From: Vicugna vicugna
Taxonomy: Eukaryota
DNA: 64,000 bases
NCBI GenBank assembly: GCA_013265495.1
Contig: MU058065.1
Coordinates: 10,395,720-10,459,719 of the forward strand
Reading direction: 5' to 3'
This document shows, piece by piece, positions 63,725-64,000 of the stretch. The notes beneath the pieces are model-generated. The model had not been told where the DNA came from and ran no database searches. It saw only the letters and a list, made by a program, of their open reading frames with translations. Each line of letters begins with the position of its first letter. The stretch's first letter is position 1. The position numbers were made by a program, and so were the translations under genes.

Positions 63725-64000
63725 TCATATTGTATCAATTGCCAGAAATGACCACAAATTTCATTGGCATGCAGAATAAGTATTTACTTCTCATTTATCT
63801 GTGGTCAGCCGAAACATCTCAGCTTTAATGCAGTTAGATGGCTCTATTTCAAGGTATAGATCCAGCTGAGCTTGGCTAGCGAGGCTTGGCTCCACCTAAG
63901 TTCATTATGCCTAAAGGAATTGCAGCTATCCCAGGGTAGCTTTTCATATGATGGTGACAAAAGAGCATGATTGAAACATCAAATGTTTCTTAAGGAAGTG
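63725..64000 (-). mobile_element. Old MLT1-family LTR fragment (runs off the window end)
   Basis: AAATGACCACAAATTTCATTGGCAT...ATTTACTTCTCATTTATCTGTGGTCAGC...GGCTTGGCTCCAC, typical of antisense MLT1. Confidence 0.65.

Noticed and set aside
1..64000. All ORF-track entries (60-130 aa) as protein-coding genes
   Set aside because: They are short, have low-complexity AT-driven composition, often use non-ATG starts, and mostly overlap repeats; none resembles a cellular protein I recognise.

Overview
AT-rich mammalian (eutherian) non-coding DNA. It is most likely a cetartiodactyl and probably a camelid, inferred from the L1 3' ends and the absence of recognisable ruminant, pig, primate or rodent SINEs. 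No intact protein-coding gene, RNA gene or CRISPR array is supported, and the short ORFs in the track are chance or transposon-derived. The window is a mosaic of old repeats (MIR, L2, L1M/HAL1, MLT1, LTR16-like and MER34-like LTRs, Tigger and Charlie MITEs) with younger L1 insertions. The most notable items are: (i) two candidate frame-preserving plus-strand microexons (24 nt at 34532-34555 and 15 nt at 56246-56260) with neural-type splicing signals, suggesting the window lies inside a long intron; (ii) two decayed ERV-L pol fragments, recognised by manual translation, that are nearly contiguous in the Pol protein but lie 33 kb apart in permuted order; (iii) a ~190-bp modular fold-back palindrome; (iv) a 919-bp near-perfect tandem duplication that may be an assembly artefact; (v) two twin-primed inverted L1 insertions, a poly(A)-only insertion with a target-site duplication (TSD), and a possible internally deleted L1. 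Repeat family names come from remembered consensus motifs, not database searches, and repeat boundaries are approximate.
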